A stretch of 64,000 nt of DNA from contig NW_026862398.1 in assembly GCF_026571515.1 (NCBI RefSeq), positions 1 through 64,000 of the forward strand. Reading direction: 5' to 3'. The DNA is from Ruditapes philippinarum. Its lineage: Eukaryota. Position 1 is the stretch's first letter, and each line of letters opens with the position of its first letter. Shown piece after piece: positions 50,280 to 63,479 of the stretch. The notes beneath the pieces were generated by a model. The model worked only from the letters and a program-made list of their open reading frames with translations. It was not told where the DNA came from and did not search any database. The position numbers and the translations under genes were made by a program.

Positions 50280-51650
50280 AAAATGAAAATGCAGCAGAAA
50301 TTGTATATGATTTTAGATGGATATGTAAATAATGTTATCTCAGAAAAACGATTTTAGTTTGTTTATCCAGACTAAAATGACGCAAAGTAAATTTAAAGTT
50401 AGATTAACTTTGAAAAATAAATTTGTTTGAAAACAAATACAAGCTTACATGTGATGAGTTATATGATCAATAGCAATGCTTAATAAATGGTACTCAAAAT
50501 TGTAAGAATTATTCGATGAAAACAAGAAATTCAAAAACATTTAAATGATGATGATTCACACATAGGCAGAAGATGTTAACAGATACGTTTTTCCCTTTTT
50601 GTTAAATGAGTTAACAAGATGAATATGCTGATATAGTACATTTTATTGTTTGTTTATTTTTTATGTTTTATGTTGTTGTAATGGTGTGATTTAAATTAGG
50701 GAAATTTATATCAAGCTTCTCATTAACAACCAATGTCAACTCGGTTTAATGCAAATTTTGTCTAGAATTGTTTGTTTAATAAACTTAAAGGATTCCTCTG
50801 AGATTGTTTGACACAAAGGGACTGGAAATATTTTCGGAACTTGTGAATCAATTAATGTAGGTCTAGACAAACAGTTTTCAGATCATATACTCATCCCGTT
50901 TCACAAGAACATCAATGTTTATGCCCAATTAAGCAAACAAGAGAAAAGACTCGGAACGCTTACTGAAAACCGTGCAACAATCGCTTTTCAATTTAACTTG
51001 GAGCATATTTCGTTATCATCTTTTGCATATTTCTTTTTCATCTTAAAATGTATCACTTAATATATTCAAGAATTTCAAACATTATGTCCATAATGAAAAC
51101 ATTTAGGGGTGCGAACAGTCTAGAGAGGCATTTAATCAGATGGAGTGTTCTTATTCTTCCTTTACTTTGTTATCTTTATATAGCATCAAAGCGTTAAAAT
51201 ATAGTATTTACGGAATATATACCGTGTTAAACCGACGATGCATCACAGTTCATTAGCTAACTATATGGTTGGTGATACGAATCCTCTGAATATGACTGTT
51301 TCTCCATGATTGCATTGTTTCCATCAACCATATTGCATATTTTTATCATTTGTATGTCGAATTGTGAATATGAAAAACGTTTTTATCTCAGAATATTCAA
51401 TACATTCCATTACAGTTTCAACATTTTTATCTCTTGTTTCCAAATGCATGTCCATAGTGTTTTTATTTAGCTAAATACCCTTTAAACTCGTTCGTTTGCT
51501 TTGCTCGAAACACTTGAACTACTTGCCAAAAGGTATTTCTGACTATTTTACAGTATGCAAATGAATAAGATTCAATTTCATGTATTTTAATTTGGACATA
51601 TTGTTGTCTTGATCGTTTCGTTTATATATCATGTTATTATATAATCGTTA
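50280..51650 (+). pseudogene. Degenerate LRRCT remnant followed by LRR ectodomain remnant (unit B5)
   Basis: 50285-50400 is homologous to the LRRCT block at 41826. LRR-like IPLRLFDTKGLE at 50792 and KTFRGANSLER at 51096. Confidence 0.5.
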
Positions 51651-51698
51651 TATAATCGAAATGTATTAAAATATTTTGCTAGGTCATATAAAAAATGT

Positions 51699-51976
51699 TA
51701 ACAGGAGCTGTCGGCTATTCTCTGTGCTTGATAGTAAAACAAGAGCTTGGATAGTTTAGAATTTATTAGAACATGATTCTGACAGATCAATGTTGTAGTT
51801 ATGGGCCTCGTAAATGACCTCATATTATGCCCACAACTAAGTTTCAACCAATTCCTTTCAGTTGTTTTTAGATACCAACTTGCACACAAAAACTAAACCA
51901 AAGTGAGTCGCCGACTCCGACGCCTGGGTGAGCACAACAGCTCTCCATGTTCTTTAAACAGTCAAGCTTCTAAAAA
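51699..51976 (-). mobile_element. HINE-like non-autonomous element
   Basis: aacaggagctgtc start, an internal aagtttcaaccaatt repeat remnant, and end gtcgccgactccgacgcc...agctctcc...agtcaagct..aaaaa. Confidence 0.65.
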
Positions 51977-53439
51977 CGTGATTTTAAATTTCTTAGTCAG
52001 CACATTGGCAATTTAATGCAAGACAAAGTGTATAAGGCTATTAGGTTTTCACTGACAAACCAAATGATTTATGAGAAGAAATGGCTTTACTTCATTGATA
52101 ACAGGTCATAATGGATAGAATAATTTATTCAGGTCATGTTGACAGCCGACGGGTATATCACTGAAATTGTTACAAATCGACTAACAATCATAAATCATCG
52201 ATTGTTTCGTATTCGTACAAAAGCGAGTTAAAAAAAGAGTTATACTTTATGCTTGATTTTAGATTATAGTTATTGAATATGTTTTTATGGTGATTTAGAA
52301 TTTTTTTTTAAATATTTATATCATCATATTATCAAAATATCTAAGATAAAACTGTTCGCAATTAAACCTTATCTTTGAAGTAACATGTCTGTATGACAAG
52401 AGTCTGTATGACAAGAATGTCCTTACTCTCCTAAATATTTGAGATGTTTAACGATAATACATCACATCACTTGTTAAATGGCTTTAATCATTCGTCCTGA
52501 TGTTTTTTAATCAAAATCCAAAGATTAATATCAGTGAAATATTTTTGTTTCAATTGCATTTAAACTACTTTAACAATTTGAAGACATTGAAACTGTCTTA
52601 CACTGCACTAGAAAAAAAATGTTTATGCAAACTGCTTAACTGTTGAGCTTGCCTCGTGCTACATGTTATACTTTTGTTTACAGATCATCATCAAACATCC
52701 ATGTACTTGAACGTAAGACAGTGGAACATTAATAAAAATGAAAGCAAGGATTTATTATAAAGAACATACAAATGTACATTGATTAAATAAATGATGTTTG
52801 TGATGATTGTACATTTTTTGGTAATTAGGTTTGCGCATGCTCGAAATCGTGGATGACCTACTAAAACAGATTTTTCTTCCGTACTTTACGAACAAAGTTC
52901 ATTAACGTTAAATATAATGTTCTCTTTGATGAGGCCATAAAAATGAAAAATAAATGTGATTGTACATGTTTTGAAATTAAATTCTCATATAGCAAGTTAC
53001 GTGTATACATGTTTTCAAATGCTTAGACTAGCCTTAATTGATGCCACACATACATCTATTTTGTAAGTTAACATCTTGGTTATGTTTAAATTGGAAGTTT
53101 GAATTTCATCGCATTTACTTCGGACAATGACATCGGACAACTGTAACATACTTTTACATTAAAAGGCTACATGAAATACAAAACGGCTTTTCAATGTGTT
53201 GCACAAAACGTTTTAGTATCACTGCCTTACTTTACACCCATTGGTGTTTGGTAGCTTGCATTTACTGTACCGCTCATGAACGTGCTCTTTTTAAACCAAC
53301 CCTGAAATATGTTTACTTTTTTCGTGTTGGACGGCCTGTTAAGTATTTATTTTTACATTTGTTTGGTTATTCAATTTGCTTTAACGGATTTATTATTTTA
53401 CTAATCAAAGTATCAATTTAATGTCCCCAAAAGCGTAAT

Positions 53440-54850
53440 AGAAATTTATTAAAAAGTAACATACAAATGTATCAACATCATTTAAAAGAGAATTATACAT
53501 TATATATATATGTTACGATGTCTCTTCAAATTGATAGATAAACAATCAACATTATTTCTTAAAATTTGATATAGATTGTTTTTTATTTGGTTATTCAACT
53601 TCTTATGGTGGCAAATGGGCCGACGTAGCGATCACATTAATTTTGATTGAAGTGTTACATTCCTTCATAAAATATTTCGCATGAGTATATAAGATTGGTG
53701 TGAACTTACATAACTTGAACAAAGCGAATTCACTTGAGACCATTGATCCCACCCTCCCCAAAAAAGATAAGTGACTGTCACAAATTTAGTGTTTGATTCG
53801 ATGTGAATTTAATAAAAAAGACAATGCAAATATATGAAGAAAAATATTTCCATTCTATGACATGGTGATAACTATATGCCATGGTATTTCAATATATTGT
53901 CCAAACGTTATAGGGTAATGGAAATATTTCACATAAGTAATTTTACACCTGTGTTATATCTTCAAAGAAAACACTTTAACAAATGAAAGATAAATGGTCA
54001 ATATTGACAAGGCAAGGTGACAAAAAAGCAAACAATTCAATCGTTTCAATGTCCAGATGACACGAATGTTTAAAATGAAGTTACCTCTTTTAAACAACTT
54101 GTCAGTTTTTATTAATGTCCTGTTATTAAACGGTTTGATCATGATAATTTCTTAAGCAACTTGTGCAAAACTTGTTTGAGATAAATCTTTGAATATGTGA
54201 AGTAATAAATATATTTATAATAATATCATCTCCTAAACGATACAGAACATGCTGATCGGTAAAGGGAAAACATTGTTCGATTTGTGTTGCAGAAAATAAT
54301 CAACGAATTTTCAGTTTAAAACATACATGTTTAAGAGAAAAAACCCAACTTGCTAAATAATACATTCAAATAGCCACTCACATGGGCAACACAAAATAAA
54401 CGTCATTGTATTGTGTCAGAATTATATAGAAATTTGTTATTTTGAATCAACTAATGTTTCAAAATGTTAATCAACCCAGTTTCTTTTTATTCTCTTTTAA
54501 ATTTGTCTGCTTATTTCGTAATTGGCATCATTTCAAATATTATATTTTACAAAATGCGCAAATGGCGGGGTTTACGACATTTCGTCGAAAGGTACTTTAT
54601 AGAATACGAAAATTAACAGAAGGGACTTATTATAGAATGGACTACTGATAGAGAGCGACAGATTGACTGTTAAAAATGTATTATTTTGATTTCGTGTATA
54701 CTGGTTATGTTATGCCATTTGAAATTCTTCATAAAGAGGCACAATATTCGATAGTCTCAATATAAGCATTACTCAATTTGTAAGTAGTATTATGTGCTGT
54801 AACTAAGAAATTGGAATTCTTAATCCTATTTTTTGGTACAGGACTTTCGA
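53440..54850 (+). pseudogene. Degenerate TLR-like gene retaining TM and TIR remnants (unit B5)
   Basis: Homologous to 22050-23800 and 30370-31150. Hydrophobic FLFILF*ICLLIS is followed by FQILYFTKCANGGVYDIS (54531-54584) and KINRRDLL. Confidence 0.5.
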
Positions 54851-57800
54851 TATACGAACTCCTGAGTTGATAATTAAGATAGGAAGTGTCAAGTCATTGC
54901 CCAATAATGTTATCTATAATGTGAGTATTGTAAAATAGAAAGTTTCCTGTCATTGAAAGTGCTCAACGCGTACCAGAAAGATTGTATAAAAATTCACACG
55001 TCATGCTTACACATTAAATCTTATAATCTGAAAGTTTTGTTTAATGTAGTGTCAATATCAACAAATAAATTACTTTCCTGTGATACTTGACAAGAGCTTA
55101 ATTATTTGCAAAATCATCTGTCCAAGAGGCAATCTTGTGTCTGATAAGACAAATCTCTTATTTGTTTCATTCACCTTTTTGCATTTTTATAGAACATAAC
55201 TAAAAGGTGTCGCATTTTTGCCAATGTGAAAACAATAAATATGTAATATTATATGAAATTGGTAATCAAATGTTCTTTGTTTAAATAAAAAGGCTATAAT
55301 ATGCGGTCTCTTCTAATTGTGAGATACTAGTAACATGCTAAAGATGCACTACACACGACAGAAACATTGAAATAAGTTTATGGCGGCGCTTTCATTGGCA
55401 TAAACTATTAAGATTTAACATATATCTATTGCAAGAAGTAAAGTAAGAAGTCAGATCATAAGAAATATTGCACATGTTCAATTAGAGTTAATTATCATTT
55501 CTAAATCTCTTAGTGAATCTCCAATCAAAATGTTTACTGTAAATAGTAAGAGATTGAAACCAAAGGTCATTTTCTATTTACCTCGAATTTCTTTGTTGGT
55601 CATTTGACTCATACTTCCTTTATGTATCTCAGTTAAAATTATCGCTAAAACGATGTTGCTTTTACAGTAAAATGAAACCTTATTAATTTTACATGGGTAT
55701 ATGAATAAACATAAAATTTCAAATTTTGAAATTAAACAACATATTTATATTACATTAGTTTTTGAAAATTTTAGGTTGTTTATTTTGTTAAGTATTATTT
55801 AATATCCGGTTTAAGAAGCAAAACATGTCCATTCGTCGAAATCACAACGAGTGTTTTTTCATACAATATGGGTATAAATTTGTTAAAATTGAAATTAAAT
55901 ATTTTATTTGTAACAATATCCTCTTGACATTTCAACCGTGTACACGTTGTTCTCATATATAAACCTTCTAATGCAATGAAATTGAAGCCAGATATTTTGT
56001 AATCATGACTTAAACTATGAAATAAATGGTCTTAAATTCAGGGGAAAAATGATATGTATACTGGCTTTTTTCGTTTATGAGATAAAACCAGTCACATTTA
56101 AAATTTTTAAAGAGATTTCTTATTTCTTTTGAAACAGAAAAATATATATGTGTTTTGATTTGATTTAGTAAAACCAATTTTAATTTCACATGGACCAGTA
56201 TAAGGTCTGTTTTAATTTTTTGTTTTTTGTTTGTTTGTAAAGTTACTTCTGTTTGATTTTAGGAATAATGTAAATGAATACACGTAATTGACTGATCATT
56301 CATGCAGCACATCTTGTTAGTTTGAAAAGTTTGTTGCTTAACATAATGTTAAATCCATTATCAATTCTGCACAAAGGAAACTATACGTTTTTGAATATCT
56401 AAATGTCGTTAGAGCAAAGGGATTTGTGTTCTGCAATTATCGTTACCGCTAATCACCTTAAAATTGAGCATGCAAATATCTAAACTTGCCTACACTTTTA
56501 TCAGATTTTTAATAAAAACGTTACAGAAAATGTCAGATCTTGTACGAAAGTAATCAGCAGTTTTAAGATTGATATCCGACAGGTTGTCTGTAATTTACGG
56601 CATCGTTTTCTGTATCAGCTTTACGATAAGTATAATTATAAATTATGTATCCAAAAGACAAAATATTTTCTATGCACATACATAGTTTGATAATAATAAA
56701 ACTAAATTGCTCTTACTAACCAATTTTGAGATACTTACGCATATTTAAGTCTTATTTATTAGTCTCTCTTCTTTATTTTGTCAGTGATATACAAATCAGA
56801 CTCAAATTGGTATTTGAAAACAAACATCTATATAATTATGTGTAAATATGTTACTTAATATCATTACATGTATTTGATTTCTTGTGACTTGTAGGCCAAT
56901 GGGACCGGGTGCTATGTTATTTTTTCTTGTAGATATGCATTGCAGTAAATATGCACTTGTCACGATAATAAAATAATCACTCACTCACTCAGTCACTCAC
57001 TCACTCACTCACTCATATTTGGTTTTATTGCTCTCATCAGTGCTGTCCTATTTCTGTAAGGTGATGATGAATTGGTCATATTTACTTATGTAAATTAAGG
57101 AAAATATATGGCCATTAAAAGCACTATACAGATTATATATCACCTTTAAAGTATTGTTAATGAGATAGTATATGGCCCCTGTGTAGTATTTATGTTCAAC
57201 TACCATATAATTTTATTCATTTCAAACGTAAAGTCAGAAGAAATGTATTGACTGGCCATCTGATAAACACCATATATATTTATCTTATCCACTTGATAAT
57301 GATATATCTTTTTATGTTCAAATAATGTCATAATAAAATCTATAGGTTCAACGACTTGTGAACATGAAATAAAAGTCAAAAACATGATTTAATTTTTACT
57401 TTTCCGCGCGCTACGATAATATTTTTCTTGCTTATTTCATATACTGAATTTAGTGACAGACACAATTTTACATACAGGAAAACAACTATCGCCTAAAATC
57501 TAAACGACTGTAGCTATTTCTTTTAAAATTTTGTATTCTCAGTAAACACGTTTGGAGAATTCATAACCGTAGGTAAAGGGTATTTAAAAGTTTAAGTAAG
57601 AATCATAGCGGGAAACTAAGCTAGCGTTTTTAATAATATCGGTATAGTTTCACTTCACTTGCATACTCCATGCTTTTGAATTACACTGATTTATATGTAA
57701 AATTTACGGTGTCATTCTTAACTCGTGATACTCTGTATATACGACTCTCTTATTGTTAAAGGTTTATAGTTATAAGATATTTAGTTCTTTTCAATGGGGA

Positions 57801-59080
57801 AATACATTTTGAATATACTGAAGAAGCAAATATAATCAGGTATTTAATTTCATTTTCTTACTTTAAGAAAAAATATGCTTGTAGTTTCAATATATCTGAA
57901 AACAGGCAGATCTTTCGAAACAATGCAAACAACAATATTTTATGAAATTTTCACACTTGGTTTCGTTTGTTTGAATCTGCTATGAGATATAATGTAAAGG
58001 TGCAACATTTCTCTAAAACCTAAACTTAAACAAGGATTGTTTAACAAAATGTATGTATGAATCTGTAACTTTCATATTATTAGAGATTTATAGTATATTT
58101 ATGACACAAAATCAATCGATTTAAGAAATTGAAATTTTCTTTCTGAAGTGCCGTTTTAATTCAAGAATCAAGTATTCCTATTTCACATTGATTTTTTTCA
58201 AGTAATATACAAAGCATATTTTCTTGGACAATACATCTTGTAAATAATGACACTATTAAAGGGTAAAATTCAAATGTTAGGTATTGAATGTCTAGTGTAT
58301 ATTTCTTTTTTGTTTGGCTACTTTATTATTTACAAATGATGTATTTTCTACTTGTATATATGAAACGTGACAACAAATAAGACTTCAAGGTTCATTTTGC
58401 CTCGGAAATGCTATCATGTTTATTTCCCAAAACTATTTATGTTGTTTCCTGTTTCATTTTTAAAACAAAATACTTATTGGCCATGTAGATTAAGCATCTT
58501 TTACTTCTTTTTCTCTGTTGGAAATTGGTATAATTATATTGCATTAGTATTATGTAATGGAAGTCAAATTACTACTTTGTTTACATTTTGCTACCTTTAC
58601 AACACTTCACTGCGCATTCAGCGATATTTTCTTTCAGTTGTTACACATCTAATGTGCGCTTCATCCGTCTTTAAAACATTTTTAAACACATTTTTACATC
58701 CCTAAAGAATAAGAAAAATATGGATTTCTGAGGCATAATGTGCCTTTAAGTTACTTTTTTCGATGAGAAGACGTCTTTCCGTCCCTGATAGCTAAACTTT
58801 GCTTGATACATTGGCAAGCAAAATACACGTTTTTTTTCAGGGACTTACCTACCAGTTTTGCACTAATTTCGATTTGAAAAATAGATAAGAATTGTTTATG
58901 AGCGTGATAAAGCAATTTTGTTTGCGATAATTACACCAGTTAATAATGAGTTCATAGGTGATGTCAATACCTTTATTTCTTTACTTCTTATGATCAGTCA
59001 AAGTGAAAGTTCTTAATTGAAATGAATTGAAATGAATTGTAAAGATAGAAATATTACTATGTACATGAATGTTTTGTATA
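54850..59080 (+). pseudogene. Degenerate LRR ectodomain remnants (end of unit B5)
   Basis: LKVLNAYQ...YNLKVL (54953-55040), IDISDR (~56568) and NCKDRNIT (59035). Blocks are homologous to 37390, 25020, 47520-47820 and 48060-48230. Confidence 0.45.
56965..57015 (+). repeat. (TCAC)n microsatellite preceded by AATAAA, possible LINE 3' tail
   Basis: gataataaaataatcactcactcactc... Confidence 0.8.
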
Positions 59081-61615
59081 TAATCTGAAAATAAGAGAGA
59101 AAGAAAAAAACAGCAAAAAAGGATGAAAGAAAGGCTTTCCTCCAAACAGCGTCAGAAATCACGATTGTAGGTTAAATTGTCTTAATGCTCTAATGCTCGT
59201 TCTTCTCTTGTTGACATTTCATTTTATAAATTACACAGAAGCTTAAAATGCATGCATATCGTAGCACAGCATTGTGCACTTTCATATGATTGCGTTTTTG
59301 TGTGTAAAAAGACCAGACGTTAACGGAAGGTAATCAAAGGTCATATTGAAGTTTAGTTATTTCCTAAATATAGCAAGAAAGAATTTCATTCTTGTAGAAA
59401 CATTTTAAAATTATCTAGCAATACCAATAAATCAATTTTGTGAAAATGAACATATTCGTTTAAAGGTGTTTTTCTTTATTTCATTATATGTGCATAATAT
59501 ATTGTGGTCTTAAGACAAGGTAAAATGTGGTTGTCTCGGTATATCTCCATTGAGCTTAATTCAAGTATTTACCTTAACCTTTAATCAACAAGGACTGACA
59601 TTTGAAACAAAGTTAAATATGGTAAATTATCTTATTTTCTTACCTAATTTTCCCTTTGTATACCTAGTTTTATGTACTTTGAACGATGTTTTGCAAGTGT
59701 TTTCCCATTTAGATGACATATGATACATTTTATCTTTATGGTGTTTAAATTGATGATATTATCTTACATGTTTTTTAAAGATGTTAAAAGGACGATCTAA
59801 CATTTAAATGTTACTTTAAGGCAAAGTTACATGGGAAAAATAACAACAACGACGAAGTTATTGGCCTATTGTACTTATTTATGATACTATAATTAATAGT
59901 GTTGTAATGTATTTGTTATTTTTGGGAAAACTTTAAAAAATAAAAAATTTTGGGGTTCCCCATGTTGAAGCAAATCAATTAAACTTTTTAAATTTTTTTT
60001 ACTGCTTTCAAAACAAAATAATATATTTTTTCAATTTTCCCCTTTAAATCTTTAAAAATTTAAAAAATTTAAAGGTCAATTAAGAAGAAAAATTATCAAA
60101 ATTTTATTTTTCACATGTTTTTAATATGCCGACCCTATCGAGAAAATTTCTTTAAGAAAAAGTCAATTAAGCTAAAAAAAGCCCTTTAGGCTCCCTAATT
60201 AAAAACATTGAAAAACCAGTTTTAAAATTCCCAAAAAAATATATATCTAAAAAATACCCGGGTATTTTCAAAAATTTGAAAATTAGTTGTAACCAAGAAT
60301 TGGCCCCTTGTTGTCAGATTTTAAATTGGAAAGAATTTTAAATTTTTTAAAAAAGAAATAAAAGAAAAAAAAACTTTCCTTTTTGTTGTTTGACAGAAAA
60401 ATAATTCAATTTTAATCAAAACTTTTAACCCACTTTTTTTCCCAAATAAAAGTTTCAGGGGTAAATATAAAAGAAGCCTATTCCATTTTTTATGCCAATT
60501 TTTATCAAAAATTATATTTCCCCCTTTTTTTAAATGTCTTGCCCTACCCCAAATTTTTTTAAATTTTTTTTTAAAATTATACACATTTCTATAATTTTTT
60601 TTTGGCCCAATATCTTTTTTAAAAAAAAATCATACTACCCTTTAAAAGGGTTTTTTAGGTTTTTAAACTTCATGCAACGTATATTAAAGGTGGTTACATA
60701 TCGATTTACTTATAGGCAGGATAAAAAAAATTGTTTAAATATTTTTTAAAGTGACATTATGCTCATTTTTTTTATCAAGTTGAGCTAAGCAAGTTATATA
60801 TTTCAAAGGATTGGTCATTACAATGGTTATTGACCAAAAAAAAAATCATAATAAAAATGGTGAGGATAAAATATTTCAAAAATGCTTAAAACATACAATG
60901 GCTGCTGTACGATATGTTGTATTTAATCCGCTATGTCTATATGCAACTCTAGCGTGTGACTATGACCAAACTTGTTGAAAATATATTTGATATAATGAAG
61001 AAAATGTAATGAAGAAAAAAAACTTTTTTATTGCAATATCTAAATAAATGATAGTAGGACTGTTAACCAATCATTGATAAAAACAGTCCATTTGTTGTTC
61101 CGAATTCTGATTCAATTACATTTTGGGACAAATATAATATATAATTGCTCATTTAATGTATCTAGATAGCGTTGCATTAGCTTTCTTCCCTTTCTAGTTG
61201 TGTGGTAAGTGTTTGTTATAGGGAATACCATCGTTCCCATTCCTAAATTCAGTGTAAGTGAAACAAGGAACACTTAGGTAAATATCAGTAGTTGACAGAG
61301 TGAACACTGATATTTGTAATACGTATACTATTGTTTTATATGTAAAGGAAAGAAATATTCCATTGACATATCCTTTGCTAATATTTTGTTATTAGTTTTT
61401 CTAGTTGTTATTATGTAAATATGTTTGCAAGAGGCATACTTTCCATTGGGAGAGAGCCCTAGCAAAGCACGACCATCTATTTATTTCATTGAATAATTTA
61501 CAAAAACACATTTATAGCCTCAAATACGTTGTATGTGTTTGTTTTCTATGTTGTGGGAAATAAGCATCATTAAAGTTTTGAAATGGACACCAAATATATA
61601 TTTATGTGTCTATAT

Positions 61616-62200
61616 CAGAACAGGACAGGACAGGACAATATTTTTATTTGTAGACTTGAGCTCTACGTTCCTCGTCTATATAAATACAATACATATAATA
61701 CAAAAGTCAAATCATTTATAGCATGAATACAGAGAGAGATAATTAAACTTTGTGAATAACAATTTATTTGTTACAGAAACTAATGCAATGCACGTAGTAC
61801 AAATCGCCACAGTAACTCTGGCAATTTCTGAATATAACGTATTTAATTTAACAAATGTGTCTAATGTAGGTTATACAAAACTTCAAATTAAAGCAGTTCG
61901 TTGGATCTGATTTTTAAAGCACAATTAAGATAACATGCTAATTTGTTTAAAACATCTATGTTTGTGACTGACATTAATTCGAGAAATTTGAACATGCTAG
62001 GTCGTTCAAAATAATAACTGTCTATGTAACGTTTCCTAATCCATTTATACTTGGGACACATAATAACAAAATGGAACTCATCTTCAATATCAGAGGAATT
62101 ACATATTTTACAACGTCTTTCAGTTCTTTCAATTCTATTTTGTCCATACTTTCCTGTTTCGATGCGTAATTACATGGTTGATATTCGGAGTCTGTAGTTA
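61616..62200 (-). mobile_element. 5'-truncated LINE: ORF2 C-terminal CCHC region, 3' UTR and (CCTGT)n tail
   Basis: Minus strand reads RLRISTM*LRIETGKYGQNRIERTERRCKICNSSDIEDEFHFVIMCPKYKWIRKRYIDSYYFERPSMFKFLELMS...RSNELL*, with the stop at 61890-61888. AATAAA then a tgtcc repeat tail. Confidence 0.9.
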
Positions 62201-62209
62201 TGTTATGTT

Positions 62210-63100
62210 TGAATTATATCAAAATTCTAGTTATATACCACTGAGTTTTGAAGTAAGATGTGTAAGCACATTACTAACAAATTTGTATTTTAATCATGAT
62301 AATTATATTGATACAGAAAATATTTAACTACATCTTTTAACCAATGTACTCTGATAAACGCCGTTGGTGTTTTGAGCTTCTTTTTGATGTTTCAAAATTC
62401 GGTTTTGAAGCGTGTCAATAAATGCATAAATGTTTGAGATATAAAAATGATAATGTTTATCAAAGCTTTGAACACTCGTATAACTACGCATTGAGAAACT
62501 CAAAACAGCAATATCATTTAATTAGATTTTATGTAAACCATTACATCTGTATTATCTAATATATCAACGCAATTATAACACATCAATTTACATCAGAAGT
62601 AACAAATATGCCGGTTGTTTCCTTGGTATAAATATTGTATTTAAAAGATGTGTTGATAATTGTACTAACTGGGCTGTTGCAAACAATATTATCGAATAAA
62701 AGTTAAAGGCTTTTTAGACAAGCAAAGTTTACGCAAACGTACAATGGCTACAAAGAATGGTTTAACACCACAGCTATCTAAAGCATACCTTGAGAAGAAC
62801 CAAGTAAAAGCTTCCATCGTGACAAATATCTTTAATAGATCTGTTCCCGTCAGTACGTGCAAGTCGTTCAGAAGACACTCTGAAATGCGAAATAAATAAA
62901 GACCAGAACGTGTACCTGCGCACCAGCTGCCAATGTCTTGACGACTGAAAACCGAAGTTTGAGGTTTGCGGCCCTACAAAGTAGGCAGGGACGACGAGTT
63001 AAGTGCTTTTGAGCTTCGCAGCCGAACAAGATTAGATAATCTGATAATACCATTGTTTATTTCTTAAGCAAGCTTGAAGTACAAAACATATTGGTATATG
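62210..63100 (+). pseudogene. Degenerate TLR-like ectodomain fragment with LRRCT-LRRNT junction
   Basis: EDTLKCEINKD (62871), then frameshifted RTCTCAPAANVLTTENRSL. This resembles the LxC...CPxxCxC...P..N junction of multi-cysteine-cluster TLRs. Confidence 0.5.
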
Positions 63101-63479
63101 TTGTTCGATGAAATGAAAAATAACGTTAGCATTAGATAGAAAAAAGTTAACTTGGTGATCACAAAGACGATATATACGAGTAATACGTAATACCGTAATA
63201 ATTGAAAGTATGGTCCTTTGAATGTTTTGCTAATGTTGTATCAAAATAACAATAATCACATATTAAGCACGTTGTATAAAATCATATCACAAACACGTGT
63301 CTCCTTTCTATTTTGCATCATGTTATGAAATATCAATATAAAAACTAAAATTTGATATAAAAGAGAGAAAACCATAAAGTTAACGTGATCAAATCTAAAG
63401 AGAGTAGCATGTTAAAATTATGTTTAAATCAAGAAGGCAAAAACATTTTATTTCATTTACGATATCTCCTTAAATTGAA

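Larger units (their letters stand above)
15960..59080 (+). repeat. Tandem array of ~6 diverged mosaic units (family B): B0 partial ~15960-18500, B1 ~18520-27990, B2 ~27991-33864, B3 ~33865-38812, B4 ~39869-49650, B5 ~50200-59080
   Basis: Anchors recur in constant order: cccat(a/g)gata (18601, 28096, 33966, 39971); atgtaaataatg.tatct (~21095, 29502, 35346, 41863, 50323); aaggt.tagatgac-like (23750, 31077, 36877, 43446, ~54048); ctgcaccc (25219, 32075, 38037, 44653); gaccatcagata (25872/26855, 32356, 47645, ~57254); ttgcacc.tact (16093, 27298, ~32790, 48776). Confidence 0.9.

Noticed and set aside
58367-58705. 112-aa ORF as a gene
   Set aside because: Non-ATG start, composition typical of AT-rich non-coding frames, no recognisable domain, and partial overlap with a probable transposon end.
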